A stretch of 64,000 nt of DNA. Origin: Tubiluchus corallicola (lineage: Eukaryota; Animalia; Priapulida). This document shows, piece by piece, positions 25,401 to 37,832 of this stretch. Positions within the stretch are counted from its first letter, which is position 1. Every line of letters starts with the position of its first letter. The stretch covers positions 312,105 through 376,104 of the forward strand of contig JAQGDQ010000214.1 in assembly GCA_030141605.1 (NCBI GenBank), given 5' to 3'. The translations under genes and the position numbers were made by a program. The notes below the pieces were generated by a model. That model did no database searches and was not told the origin of the DNA. It worked only from the letters and a program-made list of their open reading frames with translations.

Positions 25401-28400
25401 AGAGTTTGAAACATTTTCGAACTACCAGTAAAAAGTAGTCTCACAAAAATGCTGCACATTGCTCGATTTTGCTCTGCAGTAAAACCACTGATAATTTGTT
25501 TAAAAATTGTGCGCAGAAATCATCGCTAAACTGCGCTAACTGCATGATGTTTCAAACGTTTTAATGATAACGAACGTATGTGGTTGAAGCGCTGAATTAA
25601 TTTTAGGCTTGAAGCAAATTCGAACTAAAAAAAGTCCTTCGAAACTAATGGGCTGCAAATTTTTGGTATTAATGCTAGTGGCAGGACCGAAACCTGGCTC
25701 ATTTTTAATGATAGCCTTCCAAGATGCGAGAAATGTCTTAGCCACGGCCACAAATGTATAACACATTAGGGGATATGCCACCCTACAGCATACAGAATTA
25801 GTTTTGCTAGTGGTAACATATCCAATCTTAGCATGGCTGGCACTATTTAGCTTCACAGCTAATTACACTCATTGTGACCCAGTGATTATTAAGCTTCTCC
25901 TCTCATGTTTAATTAAGATAAATAAAAGCATTCGAAATACGGGTACTAAGAAAACACAAATACCTATATCTTACAAAAGTGGCAGCAATACTAACTCATC
26001 TCTGACACCATTTACATACATTTATCACATGTCTAGCTGCCAGGCTAAATAACGGTCAACAACACAATATCAACAATTCCAGTTTCCAAATTTAGTGCCA
26101 ATCAACAATGTCTAATATATATGATTATAAAATAAAGAAATAAAAATATCCCCTCAACCTAACTTACTTAACGAATGATTTCCACTCAAGTGGTACAGCC
26201 AGGAGAAACTTGATATCGTGTATGGACCACGTGACGTATTCCCTCAATTACTTTTCATTTTGGTAAACTACAAATCCTTAGTCAACACTTCTACTTAATA
26301 AAAATTAACTCCCTTGGAGACAAAATTCATAAATGAAAATCTTCCCAGTTTTGAGGTTACCTGGCGTTTGTGCACGACCACTTTCAATAATCTCAGCCGA
26401 GCGAGGATGACTAGTGAAATTAACATTGAGTGACAAGCGGCCGTGAGAGTGTGAATACGGCATCTGATGTGGAGTAGAAGGAGGCACAGGACTTGACATC
26501 TCTTTTTTATTTAGAAAATCTGCAAAATGGAACACAAATATTTTAATAGTTTCACCTACTGAAAAGCAAATTATAAGGAGCTTCAACATACATTTAACGA
26601 AGACACACGTTAAACAGACAACGTTGTGTAACTGAAACCTAAAAATAAAGGTAATTACAAAAATGAGTTACATCAGGCTGTGCAAGTGAAGCGTAACAGA
26701 AAATTAAAATATCCAACAGTCAGTATTTAAAGTGTCCATAAACTCATGATTTTGAGTTGATAAATTCACAATGAAACACATAAATGAGCCAAAATTAACA
26801 TATTAGTTATTATGCAACAACATAGCTGCCAAGTATGATGACTTGTTTTCAATAGTATCTCTCTTCTTCTTACATCTCAATTCTAATAATATCCCACAGC
26901 AATCGATTAATTACCACAGATCATGTTTGCTTTGCTGTCTCCAACAGCAATAAGTTCTTTTCCTGTTTGGAGTAATAGTGAGCAATGCTCTACTGGTTTT
27001 CATTAAACTTCAGCCGAAATAAAACTAAAAAGGTGCAACAAAATAATGTGCAATGTTCCCATTAGGTGAGTATTGTTTTGAAGATTGACAGAAGAGAAGA
27101 CAGCAGACTATTGACTCCAGACAGCATATTGGATACCACTCCACTAATATGTATGATGTTAAGTTTACATCACTGAATACAGACCATCAAAATTTATCCA
27201 ATAACAGGAAAAGGATGTGCCATTAAGAACAAGGTGCCTCGATATTTCCTTTATTTGCTGTATGGCAGCAAGGTATAAGTATAGGTATTAGCTGAAATTC
27301 AAACTAAGTTGTGGAAGTTTTATAAGATGACATTTATTGAGATATCTGTGCTTACGAAAGACTATGAAACAATCTCAAAATGGCTGCGATTTTAGCAAAT
27401 TATGCATTGATTCTTATTGGTGGACTAGTTTCAACTCTTTATCGATCAAATGGTAAGATGAATTATCTACTTTTTAAAATTATTTCAACAAAGTTGTTTT
27501 ACAAATAATGGAACGGAAGTAAAAGCAATAAATTATTGATTACCGCTGATTTTTAGGAGAAGAACTACCAAGCTATCAATGTGATGCAGAAAAGATTCGG
27601 GCCGGGGATGACTGGATGCGAACGATCGATACGCGCCGAAGTCCGACTGGGTACATAGAGTCTCCAAATTTTCCAAGTAATTATGTCAATGCTATGACAC
27701 CAAAAGGAATCAGGATAAAAGGGTTAGGCCACTCATCATGCACATGGCTTATAATGGGGAATCGTATAAGCTTTGATGTGGTGGATTTCCAACTTGAAAC
27801 GCCAAAACAGTCTGGTACAAAGGCATTTTGTAAAGATTATTTTCAGATCGACCAAGGGCAAAGGTTCTGTGGAAGCAGCATAAACATGACTGGACTCAGC
27901 CAGTACACTGCTCCAGTGATGATCCACTTTTTCGTGGATGATTCTAAGATAGGAAGAGGTTTCCGCATAAAATATAATGGTAAGAAGCACAAGTGTTACA
28001 TAAAATGACAGAAAATTCAAAGTCACTTTAAATTCAACATAAGAGTGATGGTTAGAGCAATTACAAAAACATGACTTTAACATGTACAGAAATTTTTATA
28101 TTTTGCAGAAGAAAAACAGACACCTTTGACAGGTCCCACTAAAGATACATCAGTTGATGCTCTTACAGAATCTCCAGACCTGACTGAAACTCCTGTTAAT
28201 GAGGCATCATCATCAGGTACGATTTACTTGTAGTTAAAGGAAAACAGGACCCAAACTCAAACTATAGGTGAAAACAATCTACTGTATAGAATATTGAAAG
28301 GGAACATACTACTTTTTTCAAGAACGACTTACGTGAAAGAGTTATTGGCAGAGAAATGTAATTTCACGTTTGTGCCACTAGTTCTTGGCCATGCATGTTA

Positions 28401-31400
28401 CCATTCACTATAGTTAGAAGGGCACTAGTATCAGTGTTTAACGTGCACAAAAACAGGTGCTGTACCTCTCAGTTCAGAGGTGTTCCGTTGTGATTCAGTG
28501 CACATGTTCTAGAGTTCATGAGTGAACAACCGGTAGATAAATTGAAAATATGATTTTAAACTCAAAATTTTCCAAATTTTTGTAAATCACGCTTAATGTT
28601 GCACAGTAGCACCGTATTTCAACTTTCACGTGTAACAAATTTGTGGAGTGTTTGTGCTGTTGAAGATTGTATTCAGTTGTGATGTCATCACTAGTTGAGC
28701 TCGCCTGACCATTAATTAAGCTTTTAAACCTATCATTTAATTATCCGAAATGGTATGATTGATTGGTATTGATATGGTAATGATGGCACAGGGATTCAAA
28801 TGATATTGATTATAGCTTTTAAAAAGTATAAGTACTTCAAAACAGGGTAGTATATGAAAAATCATCCTGTTTTCCTTTAACTCTTGGAGCAATGGCTGCA
28901 TAATGTAAACTTTTCATTAGCACGTTGGTGTGTAGTTTGTTTTCAATTTGATACAAAACTGTGTTTCAAGTCTCTGTGATTTATACTAAACTGACAATTA
29001 TTGATTTTTTTAGCGGGAGCAACTGTGGCCATATTTGCTGGAGGTTTTGTTCTGGGTTGTTTGCTGCTATTTGGAATAGCTTTTCTATACAAAAGGTAAG
29101 GAAATTTTCTATTAGTTTCACCTAATCTTGTCATTAGGAATCATCTCTGTGTTATATAATATAACCTTGCTTTGATGTTTTATTAAAAATGTATATTTAA
29201 CAACATAAAAGATCATGATATTTACACCCCACAAAAATGACTGACAACACACTGCTAGCTCATTAAAAACTCGACCGTTTAGTTCCATCATTTCCTTACG
29301 AAAGCTAATAGAGACCAGTACTATCGTCACAACTCAACATTTATTAATACCATTTTCAATAGGTGTAAAAATGTGCAGATCCACAAATCCTCCACTACAA
29401 ATCCACCAGAAGCAACTTGGACAAACGCTGCTGACGCCTGTCACATATACGAAGAACTGGACAAACGAAAAACCACTTTAAGTAACTCCCGACAAACGGG
29501 GGTTGTGTACGAAGCCGTGGACGATAATCGACCCGCTTCAACAAATGCAAAACAGAAAGGTAAAGGTGCCAATTGTGTAAATATACAAGGTCCAGCTTGT
29601 TATATGGATATGACGGGCTCAACAAAATCCAGAATGTACGGTGGATATGAAGCTGCAAAGTATAAAGAGCAAAATGGAGGCTATATTGAGATTATAAAAT
29701 AAAATCAGCATCGAAGATTAATATAAATACCAAATATGCAGTGCTTAACATGCAATATTGCTCAATCACATTTTGTCTTATTGGCTTGAGAAACCCTCAT
29801 GTAAAATTCTGGTGACAGTACCAAATAAGATTTGAAAAGACTTGTGATTACTTTGAATGATTTCAAGTTGAAAAGCAAACTAGGAAACTCAGTCACTACA
29901 AAAATAAGAAATCCAGGACAACCGACTTACATAGCTAAAAGTCGTGCAACGGGAGCAACTAAGTTGTAAGTTTTGATATAACCTGATTGTTGATATTTCT
30001 CGTTTTTTGTGTGATGTCAAATTTGTTTAGTTATGTCAAGTTTACCTGTTCGGAAATAACTCTGCAAGAAGGTTAAAAAAGTTAGTGTCAAGCGCTGGCA
30101 AGCATTCTATCCACGTCTTCAGATTTTCACAATCATAACTGCACAAATGTTAGTGCACCAATCATTAGAATCACTGATACCTACCATGACTGTGGGCTGG
30201 TTGAAGAACCGTCACTGATTTACTGTCATTAGTCCCATGGACACTTTTATCCACAGCATCTGTTGAATTTGAATGAGTGCTGTTCAAGTTTTGCAGTGAG
30301 CCTTGAGAGACGATGCCAGTCTTATGATGATTTGCGATGATCCTGTTATTTCCACCTGCAAAAAAGCATTTTCATTTTAATTATTATGTAAAATTATAAT
30401 TTTAGTAAACTTAAAATAAATGACTTTTTAGTCTTATAACGGCAACTCTGTTTATCAACTTTATTTTTTCACGCCGGTCATAAAGATAATTATATGAGCC
30501 TCACGCATACATTTTATTAAGATCTGAATATTACAACTGCAAGGTATTCCCCCGCTAACGAATTCAGGAAGCAATTAGAGGCAGTGGCAGAATGCTCAAG
30601 CTATGTGTTTAGTCTATGTAAACATAATTACATGCAGCTAAAGTTAATCTCATTAACATGGGAAAGTCAATGACCAATTTCCCAAAACTTTTTAGCAACC
30701 TTACCACGAATTTGTGCTGCATTTGGTCTCAATAGCTACTTGAAAGACTTGAGAAAAATAATAGTTTAAAGTTGTCGATAGCAAACTTACCGAGTTTATC
30801 GACTAGAACAACTGCTGTAGAAGGAAAGAAACCAGTTCGAGAGACATGGTTCTCTCCGAATACCATGCCCTTCCACTTTCCGTCTGGATTCTGCTCCAAA
30901 ACCTACAAAAACGACTTGTTTATTACTCCATTCGTTACCTTGATTTACAATTGCACGCGCCAGGCTGATATGATTCCAATAACGCATGCCTCAAATTTTA
31001 GGGTAACTCATTTGCAAAGGAATACAATCTTTGTCCTGTATTGCTATGAAACATGGGCACCTGATGAAACCAGTCTGCTAAGATATGTCACTAGCACCAC
31101 ACAAAACAAAAGCGAGGAACGATAGGTTAATGCCCGAACGAGAAGCCAGAACACTTGTGTGTGATATCAGCTTGTAAATGGCCCATTATCATCACAACAA
31201 AGTGTGAAAAAACAATTCACTTGCCGAAAATTAATTCTTTTTCACCACATAATGTCAGAAACCAAATTTCTCTGTTCAAAACATGTAAAGACGTTTTAAC
31301 TCCAGAAGAGAGCGCAAGAAAAATTAACCAAACTTTTTAAGGTTTGACTGGGCTTCTAAGAAAAATGAGATTGGGGCATGACAGTTTTTACAACTGATTT

Positions 31401-34400
31401 TTCAGATGTATTTGATTTCAAAGCCACCAGTGAAAATAGTCAACCGCGAAAAAATGTTTAGAGTAAACATCTCCATCGTTATCGATCGATTTTTTCAAGC
31501 TCATTTTTGGAAGCCAGTTTTTCCCAAACATACAAAAACAGCACAGGAAAAATTACCACTGGTAGAAAATGTTCAAGTCAAAACAAAGCAACAAAAATTG
31601 GTAAAAAATGCAAAACAATGAACTTAAAAACAAGAAGTGAAAAGCAATGACAGTTCGTTTGTGATGGACTATACTTTTGCATCCTTACAAAACATTTATA
31701 CAGCAACTCAGTAAGATCAAGTATAGAACATAATTTTTAGTAGTAACCGCGATTTAGTACCCATTATTACAACAAGGCTATTTTTCGATATAGTTTAAAC
31801 CAAAATGGTGCAATGTCAATAAGATCTGCCATGTGCTTAAATGATAATACATAATTCTGATACTTCTGATAGACAATTGTGTCGAGAAAGACAGATTTTT
31901 TATATTTAAAATATATAATATAATTAAATAATATACGGGATCGTTTCCATCCTAAGTTGAATTTTAAAAATATAAAAAATTTTAAAAATAACGAAAAACA
32001 AAAACATTATCTTGTTCACTCACGTTAACGAAACCACGAAACACTCTGAGTAATTATCTGACAGAAGCCAAAATCTTGCACAAATTTATGAAATTAAAAA
32101 TTCCATAAATGTTTCACTATAAAAATGGAATAACAAGTAACGTATAGCATTTCAAATGCTGGCTAACAAAAACTCATTTCGTGACCATCACCATCGTCAT
32201 CATACATCACGTACACTGAATGTGCATGGCATTTGAATCAAGATAACGTGACATGGGGCAGCGTGGTACATTACACATACACATGCCTAAGGTGTGAAAA
32301 TAAACACCGTGTATTTCTAAGTGGACAGGCAGCAGCGAGGATAAATAGACAGAAATAGCAGCTGCTGTAGAGAAAATGATAAGTAACACTCGTGAGCCTG
32401 TTTCCGGTGCTGCAATATCTCTTAAGTCTGGGTACTACGCACTGCACCTGTTTGGTGACCTATCTACTCATGTATCGGAAAAAGAGCCATGATAACTCAA
32501 CCTGGGAGCTGGGGATGGCAGCTTCACTAACGGAAACAATTATCGTTTTTTTCCACCCGACGGCATTTTTGCTAGCTCTCGCAGCACGGGTTATACATGA
32601 ACAAGCATGACTAAATGTGTAAGGTGTATATAATATGCAATGCACCATTACAACACATCTTCAGCAACGTAATAAGCGTAAAATACTATTAAATTTTATG
32701 CATAGTACACATTTTTACGTCAAACATAAAATTGTGGTGCACTATACATTGATATATCTAGAACTAGCAGATAGCTATGTACTATACATTGATATATCCA
32801 GAACGAGCAGTTAGCTATGTGCTATATATATACATCGATATATCCAGAACGAGCAGTTAGCTATGTGCTATAAATTGACATATCCAGAACGAGCAGTTAG
32901 CTATGCACTATACATTGATATATCCAGAACGAGCAGTTAGCTATCTACTATACATTGATATATCCAGAACGAGCAGTTAGCTATCTACTATACATTGATA
33001 TATCCAGAACGAGCAGTTAGCTATGTACTATACATTGACATATCCAGAACGAGCAGTTAGCTATGTACTATACATTGATATATCCAGAACGAGCAGTTAG
33101 CTATTTACTATACATTGACATATCCAGAACGAGCAGTTAGCTATGCACTATACATTGACATATCCAGAACGAGCAGTTAGCTATGTACTATACATTGACA
33201 TATCCAGAATTAGCAGTTTGCTATGTGCTATACATTGATATATCTATAACTAGTAGTTAGCTAAATCAAATAGACGAATACATTAGCTAAAATTCATATA
33301 AATACATTGTATATATGTATATACATATACGCATTCTAATACTTACAACACCTTTATTTCAAACAGTATGGGGTAAATTTTAAACGTTTGATCTATGAAT
33401 TTTAAACGGGTGAAACGTCACTTCGAATAATAATAATGACTATCACATACACAGATTAAGCCTAATTTTACCTCAAAAATTGCCCGTAATGATGCAAGCA
33501 ATGTGCAAGGAACCAAAAACACATATGCTTGCAAAGCTAGAAAACTTATACCCAGCTGAATAATAAACTTCACTAAAACGCCAAACATGTCCATGTTACT
33601 AATAAAATATTCTTGCATTAATGGGTAAATTTATGCGTTTATGGTCCGCATTAAAAATCGTAATTACTGCAAAACCAACTAACCATGTCGTAATTATTAC
33701 ACAAAGAAAAGTTTGAAGAATTTAGCGAACAAAGGTCACGCTGACTTAGCAGATACGTATACTTTAGTTGAAAACAAAGCCACAATTACTGATGACTGAG
33801 AGAAAAAATTCTGAGTTTTTTTATATTGACTTTTAGAACAGTAGGAGGACAGAGATTTTGTAATAGTATATTAAAGACTCCACCACTTTTCCTACTTTCT
33901 TGTAAATGCTTGAACTTACTGTGGTGCCATACCATGCACAGTGCTTACTTAAAACTAAGTAACAGTCGCCATCTATTATTATTATTAGGAATTAACAGAA
34001 AGTAACATATCTTTACATGTCGTTTTTAACTGCGCGATTCATAATAAATTGATCTGTATTTTATGTAAATACACAGGCAAGTCATTAAAACGGCTCTCAA
34101 GAATTTTTGACAACTAATTAACGATAATAGCGAGGCGCGCATGTGCGCAAATTTTGCTGCTAATTAAGCACCAAACGTATAAAGGTTTCCTAAACAGCTG
34201 TATGGAAATAAACCCGTTTAACATTTAACTGCATTTTGTCACTAAACTTCGCTTAAAAGCCTAAGTTTTAATTTAAGCGAATTCACAAACACAAAGCAAC
34301 GTTGTAAACTAGCTACAAAATGTTTCTCTAGCAATACGCGCGCATGGGTTGAACACGCTGCAAAGTTATGCAATTTTGCTACTAATTAATCACCAAACGT

Positions 34401-34731
34401 ACCGCGGTTTCCTAAATAGCTGTATGAAAACACAAACCTTTAACTAGTAATTGTATTTTGTCAATAAACTTCGTTTAAAAGCCCAAGTTTTAATTTAAAC
34501 GAATTAAAAAAAACAAAAGCAACGTCGCAAACTAGCGATAAAATGTTTTTTCTAATGTTTTGTTATAAACACCCCACAATGCACTGCAACAGAAAGAGGT
34601 GTAAAAGTAAAAACTTGTTAAAAAAAGGACACTTACTGTCACGTGATCACCTTCCCGGAATGGTAAGTACGTTGCATCGCAGATATTCGTATGATCCTGA
34701 ATTGCAATAGCCTGTACTGCATCACTGGCTT
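19456..34731 (-). CDS. CASKIN: Caskin-like scaffold (SH3, tandem SAM domains, Pro-rich disordered region, Caskin C-terminal motif); 14 exons, about 950 aa, 5' exons unresolved
   Basis: Exons 34731-34637, 30902-30791, 30355-30185, 26519-26361, 25275-25091, 24117-23947, 23124-23014, 22868-22767, 22632-22494, 22358-22227, 21628-21441, 21349-20269, 20046-19944, 19561-19456; all phases consistent. SH3 [14 protein letters not shown]...[10 protein letters not shown]|[12 protein letters not shown]...TGFFPS; SAM1 [13 protein letters not shown]|[16 protein letters not shown]; SAM2 [25 protein letters not shown]; [12 protein letters not shown]; tail [19 protein letters not shown]. Confidence 0.9.
25336..25645. 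mobile_element. MITE family C copy in a Caskin intron
   Basis: Starts GGTGAGCGTTCTCTACCAAAAAGCGAATTCG and is colinear with 36458-36789. Confidence 0.7.
27380..29702 (+). CDS. Nested gene: type I membrane protein with signal peptide, one CUB domain, Ser/Thr/Pro stalk, TM helix and Tyr-motif cytoplasmic tail (about 341 aa)
   Basis: Exons 27380-27452 ([25 protein letters not shown]), 27557-27979 (CUB: [12 protein letters not shown]...CTWLI...[11 protein letters not shown]...CKDYFQI...FCGS...[17 protein letters not shown]), 28109-28216 (stalk), 29014-29095 (TM: [26 protein letters not shown]), 29363-29702 (tail). All GT-AG, 1026 nt open frame. Lies inside Caskin intron 26520-30184 on the opposite strand. 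Confidence 0.88.
32741..33263. repeat. Minisatellite, about 13 copies of a 40-bp unit (ACTATACATTGATATATCCAGAACGAGCAGTTAGCTATGT)
   Basis: TATCCAGAA recurs every 40 nt from 32841 to 33201. No unique spacers; terminal copies are more diverged. Confidence 0.95.
34150..34555. repeat. Diverged tandem duplication of about 185 bp (34150-34332 and 34372-34555)
   Basis: AATTTTGCT(G/A)CTAATTAA(G/T)CACCAAACGTA...AAACTTCG(C/T)TTAAAAGCC...AAAGCAACGT...AAACTAGC present twice. Confidence 0.8.
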
Positions 34732-34857
34732 CTAAAATTAAAAAACACTTTATCAAACTAACTTTATATTTAAAATTACACTGTAAAATGAGCATCCCAC
34801 CGCCGATAAGGGTGAAAACGGAGGGCAAAATGAAGCTTAGCTACAGCCCGCCACAGT

Positions 34858-36349
34858 TTGAAATTTCTGCACAACAACATATCGTGTGGAGTGCCACAAG
34901 GCTCTAATTTAGGACCTCTTCTATTCTTAATTTATATTAACGATCTTCCCACATGCAGCAACTTTCAAACCCGAATATTTGCCGATGACACTAATTTGTT
35001 CATGTCTGACTCCAATATAAATAATCTGCAAAAATCTGTTAATGACGAAATGAAAAAAATAGACCTGTGGATGAGGGCAAACCAGCTATCAATTAACTAC
35101 AAAAAAACCAAATTTATGATAATCAACAATAAGCAAATTAACAATGCTAATAATCCAAAATTTCATATTATAATAAACAAACACAAAATTGAAGAAACAG
35201 ACAACATCAAATACTTGGGCCTACTCATTGATAATAAATTAACATGGGAACCACATATAAAATACATAACATACAAATTAAGTCGAATTACTGGAATAAT
35301 TTTAAAAGTAAGGCACTACGTTGACCAATATATTCTGAAACTTCTATATAATTCGTTAGTTTTCCCTTATTTACAATATTCCATCTTAACATGGGGTACA
35401 GCTTTTGCATCAACTCAAAAATTAATACAGACACAACAAAACAAAATAGTAAAATTAATAACTTTTGCTCGCAAATATGATCATGCTACACCATCGTTCG
35501 TAAAATTAAAAATTTTAAAAGTAAGAGATATTTACAATCTTGAGTTGTTCAAATTTATGTATAAATTCAATGCTGGTTTATTACCCGAACTTTTTAGAGA
35601 ATATTTCACTAATGTTTCTGATATACATTCCTACTCCACAAGAGCTGCTTCTAATGAACAGTATTTTGTGGAGAGATTTTTTACCCGACATGGTTTCAAT
35701 AGCTTAAAATCACGAGGAGTTAAATTATGGAACTCGTTGCCAAAAGATACCTTTGGCGGTAGCTTATTTTCTGCTTCCAAAAAATACACAAAATTCTTAC
35801 TAAATGAATATACCTGTAATACATAACTTGTAAGACTAATAAGCAAGCTATCAAGTGTGTTTTTTTCTTCTCATCTCCTAAGTAATTGTTGCTCTTTCTT
35901 ATACTTACTTTTTCTCTTAAATTTTCTATATTACACTTTTTTTTGATACTTATTTTATCTCTATATACAGTCAAAATCCCCTGTCAATAAGGCCCCTATA
36001 TGAAAATATATATAATAATCATAATTACTTGTATTGTTTTGTTTAGATTTTGGTGTCATCTAACTTTATTATTTTTTGTTTTCACTTATACTGTTTTCAT
36101 TTATACTTTGTTTTCATTTATACTGTTTATTATTATTATTTCTTTTCCTATTTGATTTTGTTATCCGCAGTCTCACCATTTACTTTTAATATACTAATTT
36201 AATTATTAGACAGGGCAGGAGACTAGATGACCCTATGGTCCTTCCCTGCCCTGCTCCACTACTATAATTAAGTAATAACTAAAAAAACTTGTCATGTCAA
36301 ACAAATGGAGAAAATAAATGTTCTATGTCTATGTCTATGTCTATGTCTA
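34858..36349 (+). mobile_element. 5'-truncated non-LTR retrotransposon (L2/CR1 group LINE) with intact RT C-terminal ORF 34858-35826, 3' UTR and (TCTATG)n tail
   Basis: ORF has RT motifs CGVPQGSNLGPLLFLIYINDL, FADDT and KYLGLLIDNKLTW. The 3' UTR has an inverted repeat CAGGGCAGG...CCTGCCCTG (~36211-36253), an AATAAA and a TCTATG tandem tail at ~36322-36349. Confidence 0.9.
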
Positions 36350-36457
36350 ATGATGTAAAAAACGGAAAAAACTCCGAAATGCCTTGTTTTCATTATTCGG
36401 ACTTTCATTTCATACACTGTCAAATGGACACGGCTGAGAATTATCGTACTGTAGATA

Positions 36458-36789
36458 GGGGTGAGCATTCTCTATCAGAAAACGAATTCGAATCGAATCA
36501 ATTTTTGACTTTCGAACTCGAATTCAGTTTTTAAAGATTTTCTATTAAATTTTCGAATCATAAATAAAAGCGATCTCGCAAAATCCGTGGGCACTGCTTG
36601 ATTTTGTTTTGCAGTAAAAAAATTGTGCACAGAAATCACGCTAAATTGTGCACGATGTTTCTAACGTTTCAATGGTAATGAACATGTGTAGTTGAAGTCT
36701 AGAATTATTCGAATACATAATTTCAGGTTCGAACGGAATTCGAATAAAACATTCATTCGAATCTAATTCAAAAACTCGATGCTTACCCC
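36458..36789. mobile_element. MITE family C (TIR GGGGTGAGCAT...ATGCTTACCCC, TTCGAA-rich); related copies ~11707-12063, ~12540-12690, ~25336-25645
   Basis: Terminal inverted repeats, plus shared internal blocks (TGCAGTAAAA...AATTGTG(C/T)(A/G)CAGAAATC...GTTTC(A/T)AACGTTT(C/T)AATG) across copies. Confidence 0.75.
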
Positions 36790-37659
36790 AAACTGAAAAA
36801 CGAATTTTAGTCACGCAGACACAGTCTCACGGAATTCAAAATTTATATACAATCACGGGTAAATAACTACTGTAACAGTAACTAACATCCAGTTATCAAC
36901 ACAATGAAAAACGTGAGTTTCACATAATGTTAGCAAAAACATTACTGCAGAAGTCAGTACAAGTTGACTTAAGTCCCTTTCACTCGGTTTTCAAACGCAC
37001 AAAATAAGCAAATATAAGGTGTCAATTTTCTTCCAACTTGAAAATCTTCAAGCCACTTATTCAAGGAATCAAACCATCATCAAAATACGTGAGTGACGAG
37101 TGACTTTACTATCAAGAGCGCCTCTATGACCCACACACACTCCAAGCAGTAGTATCACCAGCCTTCAAGTTCATCCCGCCCACAGCGTGTTAGAAATAAC
37201 ATAATTTGTGGAAGCATGGCACAGCTATAGAGTTTGTGGCTGGCACTCTATCAGATTGCATTACTGATGATGCTTAGCTTGGAAATGTCTGTGTAATAAC
37301 AGCTTGAGCACTGACAGCTTCAAGTGAGAAGAAAATAATCAAACGAAAAGTGGCGGGAAAATGTGTACAGGAAAACCAGTTAATGTTTTTTTGGATAAAA
37401 TCTAGAGCCCACACTCAATGTACTCGAAAGTAAAAGTTTATTATTGCGGAGACTAAAGACCAGCAGCTTACTAAGAAGAATTAGCGAAAAAACGCATCAA
37501 AGCACAAAATTTTATAAACGAAAACTAACAACTATAATTGTTTTCTCCTAGCCAACTAAAGGGAGTCCAACGAGTTTAAAAGTTATGTACAGACTATATA
37601 ATAAATTTATGTTAGAAGCTCTCCAAATTACAAGAGACAATATAGTAGGATCTACAGTC

Positions 37660-37832
37660 GAATCCAGGCAAAAACATCACAGGGTAAAACAGTCACTGGT
37701 AAAAAAAGTCACAGGAAAAATGCACAGGAAACTCTAAGAGCCTAACCCAAGCAAAACTAATTTACTTTTTTCCTGTGACGTTTTTCTAACCAATATTGTT
37801 ACTTTTTCCTGTGACTTTATTACTGTTCACCT
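37660..37832. mobile_element. Fold-back MITE (AAAAAGTCACAGG / CCTGTGACTTT subrepeats with a CTAACCC-like core); second copy ~61165-61352
   Basis: Inverted subrepeats in both copies; the 61 kb copy contains CTAACCCTAACCTTTAACCCTAG. Confidence 0.65.

Noticed and set aside
29930-30062. Caskin microexons of 16 and 28 nt with plausible splice sites
   Set aside because: Neither alone nor together preserves the frame, and the flanking exons already join in phase.
32741-33263. CRISPR-like array
   Set aside because: Units are contiguous with no unique spacers, there are no cas genes, and the context is a eukaryotic intron. It is a minisatellite.
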